A stretch of DNA of 49,788 nucleotides from Escherichia phage LL5. The notes beneath the pieces were generated by a model. The model did no database searches, had not been told where the DNA came from, and worked only from the letters and a program-made list of their open reading frames with translations. Where the stretch lies: sequence record NC_047985.1; one strand, given 5' to 3'. The position numbers and the translations under genes were made by a program. Shown here one piece after another: positions 27,901 through 36,175 of this stretch; position 1 is the first letter of the stretch; each line of letters opens with the position of its first letter.

Positions 27901-28762
27901 AGCGGAAGCGCGAGCGTCAGCGGATAGGGCGTTATCAACTCAAATTGGTGATACCCAATCAGCGGTTAACCAGAAACTTGATTCATGGGTTAACGGTACA
28001 AGCGTTGGTGCGATGTACGGCGTTAAGTTGGGGATCAGGTATAACGGGCAGGAATATAGCGCAGGTATGGCTCTTTCTCTTGTCGCTGATGGTGGCGGAG
28101 TTAAATCACAATTCCTGTTTGATGCCGGAAGATTTGCGATCATAAACAACCAACAGAGCGGAGCCTTTACATTGCCGTTTGTTGTTGAGAATAATCAGGT
28201 GTTTATCAACAGCTTACTTGTGAAAAATGGCTCTATTGGTAACGCTCAGATTGCGGATCAGATTAACTCTAACAACTGGAGCAGCGGCGCGGCTGGATGG
28301 ATGATTAATAAGAATGGTTATGCTGAATTTAACCAGGTAACGGTAAGGGGTACAGTGTACGCAAACGCCGGATCATTCACTGGTAACGTTTACGCTACTG
28401 ATGGTTGGTTTAGGGGTACTGTTTACGCTGAAAAAATCGAGGGCGACGTTGCAAAGGCTGTTGTTCTTGGGTTTAACGGATCGGTTCACATTCCGGCAGT
28501 AAACTACAACAGACACCTTGTGATTCCTTATGTTGGTTTGCATGGCTATACCTATTCAGGCGGTACGTGGGGCGGTGGTACTGTTTGGGTTGATTCATCA
28601 TATGGCGGTCGCTTGGCTGACGTTCAAGCTACGGCTATGCATGGCGGTTCAAGTGGATACCTTCTGTTGCCAGCGGGTAACGCAACAACGCTTTCATATG
28701 GTGGCAACCTGAATCACGCTAACGCGGTTCCAGTATTAACAATACTGCTATTCAAAGCATAA
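24986..28762 (+). CDS. tail tip / host specificity protein (lambda gpJ-like)
   Basis: 1258 aa following M-L-K-I; conserved N-terminal two-thirds, divergent C-terminus. Confidence 0.9.
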   Translation: MIKNMITGSKGGSSKPHTPVEMEDNLISINRIRILLAVSDGEVDPNFSLKDLYFDDVPVMNQDGSLNFQNVKAEFRPGTQTQDYIQGFTDTASEVTVARDLTAATPYIISVTNKNISAIRIKILMPRGVTQEDNGDLTGVRVEYAVDMAVDGAEYKEVLHDVIEGKTMSGYDRSRRIDLPAFNDRVLLRVRRMTDSTSARVTDLIKMQSYAEVVDAKFRYPLTGLVYVEFDSELFPNDLPNISIKKKWKIINVPSNYDPISRTYSGSWDGTWKKAWSNNPAFVLYDLITNQRYGLDQRELGIAIDKWSIYECAQYCDQMVPDGNGGTEPRYLCDVVIQSQVEAYQLVRDICSIFRGMSFWNGESLSIVIDKPRDASYIFTNDNVVNGEFTYTFASEKSMYTQCNVTFDDEQNMYQQDVEGVFETEAALRFGYNSTSITAIGCTRRSEANRRGRWILKTNVKSTTVNFATGLEGMIPTVGDVIVVSDNFWSSALTLNLSGRVMEVSGLQVFTPFKVDARAGDRILVNKPDGKPVGRTIARVSDDGKTLTLNTTFGFDVQPDTIFAIERTDIAQQRYVVTGITNGDGDEEFTYNITAVEYDPNKYDEIDYGVNIDDRPTSIVQPDILPAPKNVKIESYSRVVQGTSVETMHVSWDKVEYASLYEMQWRKDNGNWNNTPRTANKETEVEGIYAGNYHVRVRSVAANGSASGWSAIVSAGLTGKVGEPERPINLTASDNEVFGIRVKWGMPEGSGDTAYIELHQAPNGSDGHPIVDEATLLTLIPFPQYEYWHSILPAGHVVWYKARAVDKIGNVSDWTDFVRGMASDDTSIITDHIKVDIENSDGYKWLQENAIKANDKIHSTAESVIENALANDKDVRRMRVENGKRKAEFLQSLKLIADETEARVTQVTQMSAQFDEKLTAQNSELREVIANSTETISQRIDQLTATFESEIDGVKQDIKAQITDVNKAITNEAEARASADRALSTQIGDTQSAVNQKLDSWVNGTSVGAMYGVKLGIRYNGQEYSAGMALSLVADGGGVKSQFLFDAGRFAIINNQQSGAFTLPFVVENNQVFINSLLVKNGSIGNAQIADQINSNNWSSGAAGWMINKNGYAEFNQVTVRGTVYANAGSFTGNVYATDGWFRGTVYAEKIEGDVAKAVVLGFNGSVHIPAVNYNRHLVIPYVGLHGYTYSGGTWGGGTVWVDSSYGGRLADVQATAMHGGSSGYLLLPAGNATTLSYGGNLNHANAVPVLTILLFKA

Positions 28763-28884
28763 AAAGGAGGTAAATCAATGCCCTGGCTTAACGGTCGGGG
28801 CATTTTGTTTTCTTTTGTTCCACGATGTTCGCAACCGAATACGGCGTAAAATTGAAAACGTCTTGATAACAAAAAGAACAAATT

Positions 28885-28903
28885 AAATATCTATATAATA
28901 CAT
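28885..28903 (+). repeat. 19-bp AT-rich motif AAATATCTATATAATACAT (second copy at 32-50)
   Basis: identical 19-mer in both large noncoding regions, each followed by similar TAATTATTATTATATAT stretch. Confidence 0.7.
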
Positions 28904-29167
28904 ACACTTAGAGTTTAATTATTATTATATATATCTATTTGTATTATTATTGTTTCTATTGTTCTATATGGTTTGTGGTGGTTGTGTGTTTTGTATTGGT
29001 TGATGGTTATATATCACATGGTATGTATTTATATATGGTATGCGGCGCAAATGCGTGAACAATGGAACACAAAAACAACAATTAGTAAAATCATAAATTT
29101 ACGATGTGATTTTGTTGTCAATGCTAGTTGTAAACGTATGCAAAACAAAAAGAACACTTAAAGGGTA

Positions 29168-29195
29168 TTGACTACATGCAACAAAGACATATAAT
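29168..29195 (+). promoter_or_regulatory. strong sigma70-like promoter for exonuclease-Erf-SSB operon
   Basis: TTGACT-16 nt-TATAAT; about 28 nt upstream of SD/ATG 29224. Confidence 0.6.
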
Positions 29196-29223
29196 GCAGG
29201 CATACCAACGAGGGGATGACAAA

Positions 29224-30279
29224 ATGAGCGATTTTAAAGTTTACACCTTTGACCAGTTAACCAATGATAAATATCACGATCCTAAAGGTTGGGCGGCTGA
29301 ATACGTTAGCGGTTCAAGCCTGGCAGAAATCTTTGCAAGTTGTCCGGCAGCATGGAAATACAGACCACGCGAGGAAAGCAAAGCGCTTGTTTTCGGTACG
29401 CAGTCACATACCAACTTTCAAAGCAGTGAGTTGTTCGCAAAAGAGTACCGCCGAGCGCCAGCGCCGGAAGATTACGAAAACTTAATCACAAGCCAAACGG
29501 CATTAGCCAGCAAGTTAAAATCTTTTGGCCTGACTGGTACAAGCGGGAAAACTTATCCAGACCTGATAAAAATGATGGTTGATTGTGGTGAGGATCTTAA
29601 TGTTCAGTGGCTGATTGAAATGATCGCAGAAAGCGAGGCGCGAGCGGATAACGTTGAATTGGTTCCTGCTAAAGATTACGACGCTTGCGTTACCATGCGC
29701 CGCGTACTGGAAAGCATACCTGAACACAACGCTTGTATGAATAGCCCAACAGCACAACGCGAGCTATCAATTTTCGGCACTATAAAAGGCGTGAAAGTCA
29801 AAGTAAGGCTTGACCATGTTGATATTTGCAAGGATGTGCTTGCAACGGTGATTTCCGGCTATGACGGTGAAGGGAATCCGGTTTATGAAACAACGCGATT
29901 TGATGAAGCGATTGTGATCACTGATTACAAAACAACGTCAAGCGCTAACCCAACGGAGTTTTCACGGCTGGCATTTAATCATGGTTACTACTTGAAAATG
30001 GCATTGCAGCATGACCTATTCAAGAAAGCGTATCCAGAAGAAACGCGCCCCGTAGTAGTCAGATTGCTGGCGCAGGAAAAGAAAGAGCCTTATTTACCTA
30101 TTGCATACCGCATGACGGATGAACAATTGAAGATCGGACGGCTTCAATACATGAGTGTGATAAACCAGTTTGCAGAATGCCAGGAAAATGACGTTTGGCC
30201 TTCATACGCAAACGGAGAGCCTGAAATTGATCTTCAAACGCCTGATTGGGTTCGTCGTCAATACAAAGGTTTTTTATAA
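29224..30279 (+). CDS. PD-(D/E)xK exonuclease (recombination exonuclease, putative)
   Basis: motifs RLDHVD and ITDYKTT; sits upstream of Erf-like annealase. Confidence 0.6.
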   Translation: MSDFKVYTFDQLTNDKYHDPKGWAAEYVSGSSLAEIFASCPAAWKYRPREESKALVFGTQSHTNFQSSELFAKEYRRAPAPEDYENLITSQTALASKLKSFGLTGTSGKTYPDLIKMMVDCGEDLNVQWLIEMIAESEARADNVELVPAKDYDACVTMRRVLESIPEHNACMNSPTAQRELSIFGTIKGVKVKVRLDHVDICKDVLATVISGYDGEGNPVYETTRFDEAIVITDYKTTSSANPTEFSRLAFNHGYYLKMALQHDLFKKAYPEETRPVVVRLLAQEKKEPYLPIAYRMTDEQLKIGRLQYMSVINQFAECQENDVWPSYANGEPEIDLQTPDWVRRQYKGFL

Positions 30280-30299
30280 ATAGCACTTTTTGCTAAAAA
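30278..30299 (+). promoter_or_regulatory. conserved box copy 7 (AAATAGCACTTTTTGCTAAAA)
   Basis: followed by perfect 8-bp hairpin 30308-30331 whose loop holds TATACT; 76 nt upstream of ATG 30357. Confidence 0.7.
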
Positions 30300-30356
30300 A
30301 GCCATTAGATGCGTGGTATACTACACGCATCAACCAACGAGAGAGAGGAAATAAAA

Positions 30357-30647
30357 ATGGAACAGCAATTCAATGAACAAGACATTCAAGATGTACGCGA
30401 TCACGTAGGCGGATTTGTAAACGCATTAGGAATTATGCAACGCCAGTTCTTGCGCGTAATTGATCCAAGCGAATCACCGGAAACTCTTGAATATGTTCGC
30501 AAGGTTGCATATTTGATTGATAACGTTGTGTTAACGGTTCTTCAAATGGAAAATAACGAAGAACATCGCAAGATGATTAATCAGGCAAGTGAAATCATGA
30601 TCCAGAATTTGATTGATTATCACAACGAGAACAAAGAAAAGTATTAA
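30357..30647 (+). CDS. hypothetical protein (96 aa)
   Basis: GAGAGAGG SD. Confidence 0.5.
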   Translation: MEQQFNEQDIQDVRDHVGGFVNALGIMQRQFLRVIDPSESPETLEYVRKVAYLIDNVVLTVLQMENNEEHRKMINQASEIMIQNLIDYHNENKEKY

Positions 30648-30693
30648 TTAACATGGCGGCGCAAGCCGCCATTATTAAACCGGAGCCAATGAA

Positions 30694-31356
30694 ATGAAAT
30701 TTTCCGAACAAAACGCAAACGTAATTAAGGCATTGTTTGAGGCGCGTCAATTATTCACCAAAGTAAAAAAGGATAAGCAAAACACGCACCTGAAAAATAA
30801 ATATGCAACTCTTGACAGCGTTCTTGATGCTATTATGCCTGGCCTTACTGATAAGGGTTTATTCCTTACTCAAGATCAGAAAGTTGGCGAAGATTTGAAA
30901 TCAATGACGGTTTTAACTCGCTTCATTCACGTTGAATCAAATGAATGGGTTGAATATAGTTTCACGTTGCCAATGCAGAAATTAGATCCACAAGGCGGCG
31001 GCTCAACAAACAGCTATGCGAGACGTTATGCTCTTTGCACGGCTCTTGGCCTGGCAACGGCTGACGATGACGCAAATCTTGCCACCAAAAACGCGCAGGA
31101 TTGGAAAAAAGATCTTGATGCTTGCGATAACCTTACAGACTTGCAAGAAACGTTTAAAACTGCTTACAAGCAATCTGACGCAGCAAACCGCCGAATCATT
31201 AAAGAACATTACGACAAGCTGAAAGCTAAAATGGAAATCGGAAAGGCTCGCGGTTTTAATCCGGCTGAACCAGCGGCGAATGTTGCAAAGAATGAAAAGG
31301 TTGAAAAGGAACCGCAACAGGAAGTAAAATCACAATCTATCACTGACTTTGAATAA
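30694..31356 (+). CDS. erf: Erf-family single-strand annealing protein
   Basis: KYATLDSVLDAI and GSTNSYARRYALCTALGLATADDD resemble P22 Erf. Confidence 0.75.
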   Translation: MKFSEQNANVIKALFEARQLFTKVKKDKQNTHLKNKYATLDSVLDAIMPGLTDKGLFLTQDQKVGEDLKSMTVLTRFIHVESNEWVEYSFTLPMQKLDPQGGGSTNSYARRYALCTALGLATADDDANLATKNAQDWKKDLDACDNLTDLQETFKTAYKQSDAANRRIIKEHYDKLKAKMEIGKARGFNPAEPAANVAKNEKVEKEPQQEVKSQSITDFE

Positions 31357-31394
31357 TTTATCGCGGGGCGATAACGCCCCGATAAGGAAATAAA

Positions 31395-31820
31395 ATGCAC
31401 GTTATCACCGGAGAAATTCGCAAAGAGCCTTTTGTTAATCAAGGGCAAAACGGCACGCTTTATATTGTTGATCTTTCAGAATCATATAAAGATCGAGAAG
31501 GTAACAGACAATACACCAATTACAAATTCTTCTTTAATGCAAAAAGCGAGGGAATGAATAATTGGTATCGTGAAGCATTTCAGCAGGGTAAAGTTATTTC
31601 TGTATCATGCGATCAGTTGCGCATTGATAGCCAGGAATACAACGGGCAGGTTTATAACACATTGACGGCGGCGGGTTGGCCTAATCTTTTATTCAGCCAG
31701 CGCGGAGAAGGGAAAGCGCCACAACAGCAACGACCTACTCAGCAACAGCCACAACAGAAACAACAAGCACCACAAAACAACGAGCCTCCAATTGATTTCG
31801 ACGACGATATCCCATTCTGA
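31395..31820 (+). CDS. ssb: single-stranded DNA-binding protein
   Basis: Gln/Pro-rich linker and acidic tail DFDDDIPF as in E. coli SSB. Confidence 0.9.
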   Translation: MHVITGEIRKEPFVNQGQNGTLYIVDLSESYKDREGNRQYTNYKFFFNAKSEGMNNWYREAFQQGKVISVSCDQLRIDSQEYNGQVYNTLTAAGWPNLLFSQRGEGKAPQQQRPTQQQPQQKQQAPQNNEPPIDFDDDIPF

Positions 31821-31825
31821 TAAAA

Positions 31826-31852
31826 TAAAACCCCGCAATGCGGGGTTTTTTA
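31826..31852. terminator. bidirectional terminator between ssb (+) and tail fibre (-)
   Basis: AAAACCCCGCAATGCGGGGTTTTTT flanked by A- and T-tracts. Confidence 0.75.
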
Positions 31853-34363
31853 TTACTTAGTAAGCTGAACAAGCATTGCTTTCATTTCAGCCATTGCGGT
31901 TTTCATTTCAGTAATTTCTTCTTTCATTTCCTCATTGTCTTTTTGTAACTCTTGAATCACAACAATAAGATCAGAAACAACAGCGCGATCATTAACGTTC
32001 ATGATTTCGAATTCATCACCATTTTCATCTGTTGCAGTGCCGCCAAAGAAAACGTAAGTATCATCTATTTCAGCCATTTGTTGCGCAAGATAACCACGCT
32101 GCAAAACATTATTTCCCTTATATGAAAACTCCATTACACCAATCTGCTTAACTCGATCCCACGCACCGACCTTTGGTTTTTCAAAGCGATCTTTAATCCT
32201 AACGTCAGACCCCTGAATTGCCACCACTCCTAGCGGCGTATTCATTATGCCGTCATCCCTAATTGAATAACTCAAACTTGAGCCATTCGATTTTGTAAGT
32301 TGCCAAGAGTAATATGTAATACCATCAACAGCGGTAATGATGTAGTTTGTTACACCGCAATTTGAATTTGCCAGATAGGAAAGCTGGTTAATTTTGTATG
32401 AATCATTTGTTTGCTGATCTGCAAGTTTTTGCACAGCCGCAACATCGGAACCACCAGTACCATAAAAAGCCCTTGAAAGCGCATTGCCTGGAATAGTAAG
32501 GTTTCCATCAGATCCAAAAATCATAACAGATGTATTATCACCAACAGCACTTATTTTTGCTTCGGTTATCCCATTTCCTATTGTTTGCGATGCATAAAAA
32601 TCAGCGCTAAAGTTGTCAGCAGTTCCAACTTTATATTTAGATTGAATCTTACCTCCAGTAACAAAAGTTCCCTGTTGTGGCAATTCTTTATCACCATTAA
32701 TAACGCTCCATGAAGTATTAGCAGCAATAAATCCGCCAAATGCTCGAATAACCCAAACACCAACAAAGTTTTTAGGAATTATGTTGTTTGAAATAGCATA
32801 TCTGCCATATACAGAATCGCTTCTTTCTGCGTTAAAATTAGTTGTAGCATTATTACGTATTCTACCAAAAGTCCCATCATTCGGTAAAAATGTTTCCTCT
32901 GTAGAAGATGCATATCCGAAAGCTCCAGATACAGTTCTAGGGGATGGCATCCATACTTTACCACTAGTATCATTAGCAAATGTACCGATTATATTTGGTG
33001 CAGCCGCTTGATAAATACGCCCATCTTCTGATGAAGTACCACCATCACCACGACCGAAAAGGCTTGTAACTGATCCAGGTTGAACACCGTTTCTATCAGG
33101 TACACGGAAAGTTGTAGTTCCGTCGCCTGTAGAATATCTGCCCCTTTTTTCTACATCAGCAAGCCAATCAGAATCACTAATCGGGCTTAATAGTTGTGCA
33201 TAAGACCATAACTCTGGATAATCTTCTCTTGATAGTAGTTGTCCGTCAGATGTTATCTCATACGGCTGTATATATGCTCGTGAATCTCTTAGGTGAAAAT
33301 CACCCACACCATAATTCATAACGCCATTCATAGTTGGGCCAAGAATCCCAGAATTTATTCTATTTTCCACCCATCGCACTGTTGTGGCATCATAATCGTT
33401 AACTGGGTCACCAGCTAGAGGAGTTGGTCCTATAGGCCGAACGTTAAGCCATGCCGCAGCGCGATCCGCGATACCATCAAGATTATCTTTCTTTAGGAAT
33501 GCTTCAGATATTGATGGAACTTTTAAATTTGCCCTCGCTTCTTCAATGTTTGCTATATCATTAAGATTCTGATCTTTATGCAACATATTGTCTGGATTAA
33601 CCTGTTGCGCCCATTGGCGAGCTTCATCACGCGCAGTTTCAGCGCCAGACTTTGCATTATCAGCACCAACCTTTGATTGCTCTGCGGCTAATTGTGCGTT
33701 TTCAGCTTCATCACGCGCGTCTAATGCTTCATTTTTAATTCCGGTTATCTCAGTAACGGCAGAATCTTTAATCTGTTGCGTTTGGTTTTTTATTGCGTCC
33801 GTGTCTGCCTTAATCTGATTGGTTTCAGCAATAGCGGAATCTTTAATCTGTTGCGTTTCATTAACAGCGGCATCTTTAATTTGTTGAGTTTCATTTACAG
33901 CAGAATCCTTAATCTGTTGCGTATCATTTTTTAATTGTTCGGTTGCAACTTTATCAGCGGCAACTTGTGCGGCATCAGCATGAACCTTATTGATTAAATC
34001 CTGCAATTCTTTCAGATCAAAATTCCTGAAAAAGTCAAGAGCTTCCTCAATGACCGTTTCTTTGCTTTGATAATAACGCAGCGTTTCCGCTACATCTTGC
34101 GCCATTCCGTCAACAGTTAACGAGTCATTCAACAGGATCACATATTTACCATCAGAAACAACAGCGCCATCAGTGCTAATAGCCTTCATTTCAGTGTCGC
34201 TAACAATTTCACTAATAACGGCAAGCTGAATAACTGGTTGCTCAAGAAATACAATGGTTGCGCCAGTGCGAATTAATGACAAAGGTTCACGCCATTTTGT
34301 TCCAGTGCCAGTAATAACGCCTTGTGCGTCCATAGCGGCGGTTCCAATACGATATAAAGCCAT
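31853..34363 (-). CDS. tail fibre with C-terminal intramolecular chaperone (peptidase S74-like) domain
   Basis: 836 aa; C-terminus SDVRIKDRF...coiled-coil [26 protein letters not shown]; 11-aa repeats in N-terminal part. Confidence 0.8.
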   Translation of the reverse strand: MALYRIGTAAMDAQGVITGTGTKWREPLSLIRTGATIVFLEQPVIQLAVISEIVSDTEMKAISTDGAVVSDGKYVILLNDSLTVDGMAQDVAETLRYYQSKETVIEEALDFFRNFDLKELQDLINKVHADAAQVAADKVATEQLKNDTQQIKDSAVNETQQIKDAAVNETQQIKDSAIAETNQIKADTDAIKNQTQQIKDSAVTEITGIKNEALDARDEAENAQLAAEQSKVGADNAKSGAETARDEARQWAQQVNPDNMLHKDQNLNDIANIEEARANLKVPSISEAFLKKDNLDGIADRAAAWLNVRPIGPTPLAGDPVNDYDATTVRWVENRINSGILGPTMNGVMNYGVGDFHLRDSRAYIQPYEITSDGQLLSREDYPELWSYAQLLSPISDSDWLADVEKRGRYSTGDGTTTFRVPDRNGVQPGSVTSLFGRGDGGTSSEDGRIYQAAAPNIIGTFANDTSGKVWMPSPRTVSGAFGYASSTEETFLPNDGTFGRIRNNATTNFNAERSDSVYGRYAISNNIIPKNFVGVWVIRAFGGFIAANTSWSVINGDKELPQQGTFVTGGKIQSKYKVGTADNFSADFYASQTIGNGITEAKISAVGDNTSVMIFGSDGNLTIPGNALSRAFYGTGGSDVAAVQKLADQQTNDSYKINQLSYLANSNCGVTNYIITAVDGITYYSWQLTKSNGSSLSYSIRDDGIMNTPLGVVAIQGSDVRIKDRFEKPKVGAWDRVKQIGVMEFSYKGNNVLQRGYLAQQMAEIDDTYVFFGGTATDENGDEFEIMNVNDRAVVSDLIVVIQELQKDNEEMKEEITEMKTAMAEMKAMLVQLTK
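33750..33935 (-). repeat. imperfect 33-bp tandem repeats inside tail fibre gene
   Basis: about 5 copies of GAATCTTTAATCTGTTGCGTTTCATTAACAGCG-like units. Confidence 0.7.
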
Positions 34364-34400
34364 AATTTCACCTCATTTGCTTGTTTAAAATAGTGTAGTG

Positions 34401-34430
34401 ATTATGCGATATTGCTATGTTACATGCAAT
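34401..34430 (-). promoter_or_regulatory. sigma70-like promoter for tail fibre gene
   Basis: on - strand TTGCAT-18 nt-CATAAT. Confidence 0.45.
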
Positions 34431-34453
34431 AAAAAAACCCCGAATAGCGGGGC
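34431..34453 (-). terminator. rho-independent terminator after primase gene
   Basis: on - strand CGCCCCGCTATTCGGGG then 7 T. Confidence 0.65.
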
Positions 34454-34494
34454 GTTGAAAGGCAACAAAAGAAAGTAGCAGTGACAAAGAAATA

Positions 34495-35421
34495 TTATAA
34501 TAAGTCAGATGCCTTGTAAAGCATCCTTTCTATTCCGTTTTTGAATTTACCGTTAATAGGCAACATAACGTCTAAATCGCGATCATCAGCGGCAATTATC
34601 GTTTCCTTGTCATCAGGCTTGCACACTACGCGCATTTTTCGATCACCTTTGTAGCGATATGCAACAATCTCAAGATTCGACGCAGAAAAGCAAGCCCATA
34701 CCTCTTGCCCAGTTGCTAAATGGATGTGTTGCGCATCAATCCAATCAACGCAAAGGTAAATTGTTTTGTCAGTCTTGCCAGTTACCGCAACAGCGCCGCG
34801 TGTGTAATCCTTAGCGTAAAAACTGCTTTTACCTTCCTCATTTACGAAAAGAATATTGCACATTTCATCATCCAATTCATCGCTATGCACCAGGTGGCAA
34901 GGAATAGCGTGAATATGCTCGCAATATCCATTGTCATGAGTTTTTACGCCAACTTGATACGATTCGCCGTCTAATGGATAAAACGCCTCAAAAACGCTTA
35001 GATTTGTTATTTCCATGCGTTCAGTTTTATCCATCACCTCAACACATTTTTCATGTGGTGCTTGCGATCCGAAATTGTAACCGGAGTCACGTTTTGCCGC
35101 TTTGTTAGCCTTGTTTACAACCTCAACCGGAACCAGGTTTAACCATTCACCTAGAGTGTCGATTGCTTCACTGTAATTTTCACCACGTATTCGCATGAAT
35201 AATCCGATCCCTGAATCATTCCCGCATTGGTTGCAAATGTTGCCGCCGTCGCCTTTCTCGTTGATTTTGTCAGTCCAACGAAAGCGATCTTTACCGCCGC
35301 AATAAGGGCAAGATTGATGCTTTCCGTTAAAGGTTAATTGAGGAATATCGCAAAGTTTCATTAATGCCGCTTGCCACATGCCGCGCATCTTTGGGATCAC
35401 TTCTTCTTTTTGATAATGCAT
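34495..35421 (-). CDS. DNA primase (zinc-ribbon type)
   Basis: N-terminal CPYCGG...CNQCG zinc ribbon; GGAGG SD. Confidence 0.65.
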   Translation of the reverse strand: MHYQKEEVIPKMRGMWQAALMKLCDIPQLTFNGKHQSCPYCGGKDRFRWTDKINEKGDGGNICNQCGNDSGIGLFMRIRGENYSEAIDTLGEWLNLVPVEVVNKANKAAKRDSGYNFGSQAPHEKCVEVMDKTERMEITNLSVFEAFYPLDGESYQVGVKTHDNGYCEHIHAIPCHLVHSDELDDEMCNILFVNEEGKSSFYAKDYTRGAVAVTGKTDKTIYLCVDWIDAQHIHLATGQEVWACFSASNLEIVAYRYKGDRKMRVVCKPDDKETIIAADDRDLDVMLPINGKFKNGIERMLYKASDLL

Positions 35422-35478
35422 TTATCAACCTCCAAATAAAAACCTGGCACGATGATAAACCATGCCAGGCCGGAATTT

Positions 35479-36087
35479 TTAGCAATCAGTGCTATCGACG
35501 GAAATCACAACGCGTTTCTTCTGATTGGCTTCCTTTGCTTTGCGCCGTTCTTCTTTCGCCTTTTCGCGTTCAGCTTTGCGCCGCGCTTTCTCCTTCTCGC
35601 GTTCTTCTGGACTCATAGACCTCAACGGATCGTAAGGCCGGACAAATCCTCTTGCTTCCGCTTCCTCTTTGGTTACAAATCGCATCAGCTTTCTGTTGCT
35701 GCAACGATTCTCTAATGGCTTGCCGTTATTATCAAATTTGATATCTGGACGGCAATATGAAGCGCGGAAGCCGTTAAAACCTTTGCGTCGGTAATCTTTC
35801 TGGATCAGTTCAGCGCCTTTAGTTGAAATCATTCCGCGCTCTTTCCATCCCCATACTGTTTTAAGGTTAACGCCAATTTCACGCGCCAGGGCAGCGCAAC
35901 CGCCGTAAGCGTTGACAACTTCATCAAGCCGTGCTTTTAATCCTGCTCTTACTTCTTCCTTTAATACAAGATAACCGCTAACAGGTGAGCGACGTTTACG
36001 ATCTTTACCACGTCTTACGCCGTTGTTACCATTGATTGTGCGTTTGTCGATTTCGCCAGTTGAGGCAGCAATTTTGATTTCGCTCAT
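35479..36087 (-). CDS. putative DNA-binding protein with basic C-terminal tail
   Basis: HTH-like AALAREIGVNLKTVWGWKERG; Lys/Arg/Glu-rich C-terminus. Confidence 0.45.
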   Translation of the reverse strand: MSEIKIAASTGEIDKRTINGNNGVRRGKDRKRRSPVSGYLVLKEEVRAGLKARLDEVVNAYGGCAALAREIGVNLKTVWGWKERGMISTKGAELIQKDYRRKGFNGFRASYCRPDIKFDNNGKPLENRCSNRKLMRFVTKEEAEARGFVRPYDPLRSMSPEEREKEKARRKAEREKAKEERRKAKEANQKKRVVISVDSTDC

Positions 36088-36095
36088 ATTTTCAC

Positions 36096-36119
36096 CTATA
36101 GCACTTTTTGCTAAAAAAC
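36096..36119 (+). promoter_or_regulatory. conserved box copy 8 (TATAGCACTTTTTGCTAAAAAAC)
   Basis: in divergent intergenic region; 77 nt upstream of ATG 36176. Confidence 0.65.
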
Positions 36120-36175
36120 TTGATTAAGTTTGTGTATGATATTCCGCAAATGGCATTTAGTCAAAAGGATAAAAA

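Noticed and set aside
28778-28849. 23-codon ORF with a strong AAGGAGG Shine-Dalgarno immediately after the J-like gene
   Set aside because: Too short to call; no lipobox or hydrophobic segment; the sequence overlaps a weak terminator hairpin and T-rich tract. Kept only as a possibility for ribosome profiling.
28973-29161. 62-aa ORF in the noncoding region after the J-like gene
   Set aside because: It lies in AT-rich and GT-rich repetitive sequence, has no ribosome-binding site, a Cys/Trp/Tyr-rich low-complexity translation, and overlaps the predicted promoter of the recombination operon.
30278-30331. Reading the conserved box as an ordinary sigma70 promoter
   Set aside because: The box has no TTGACA-like hexamer at 17 bp from a -10 element; -10-like hexamers (TATACT, CATAAT) occur inside or after the downstream hairpin, 19-22 nt from the only -35-like TTGCTA. 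A standard promoter therefore does not explain the strict conservation of the box.
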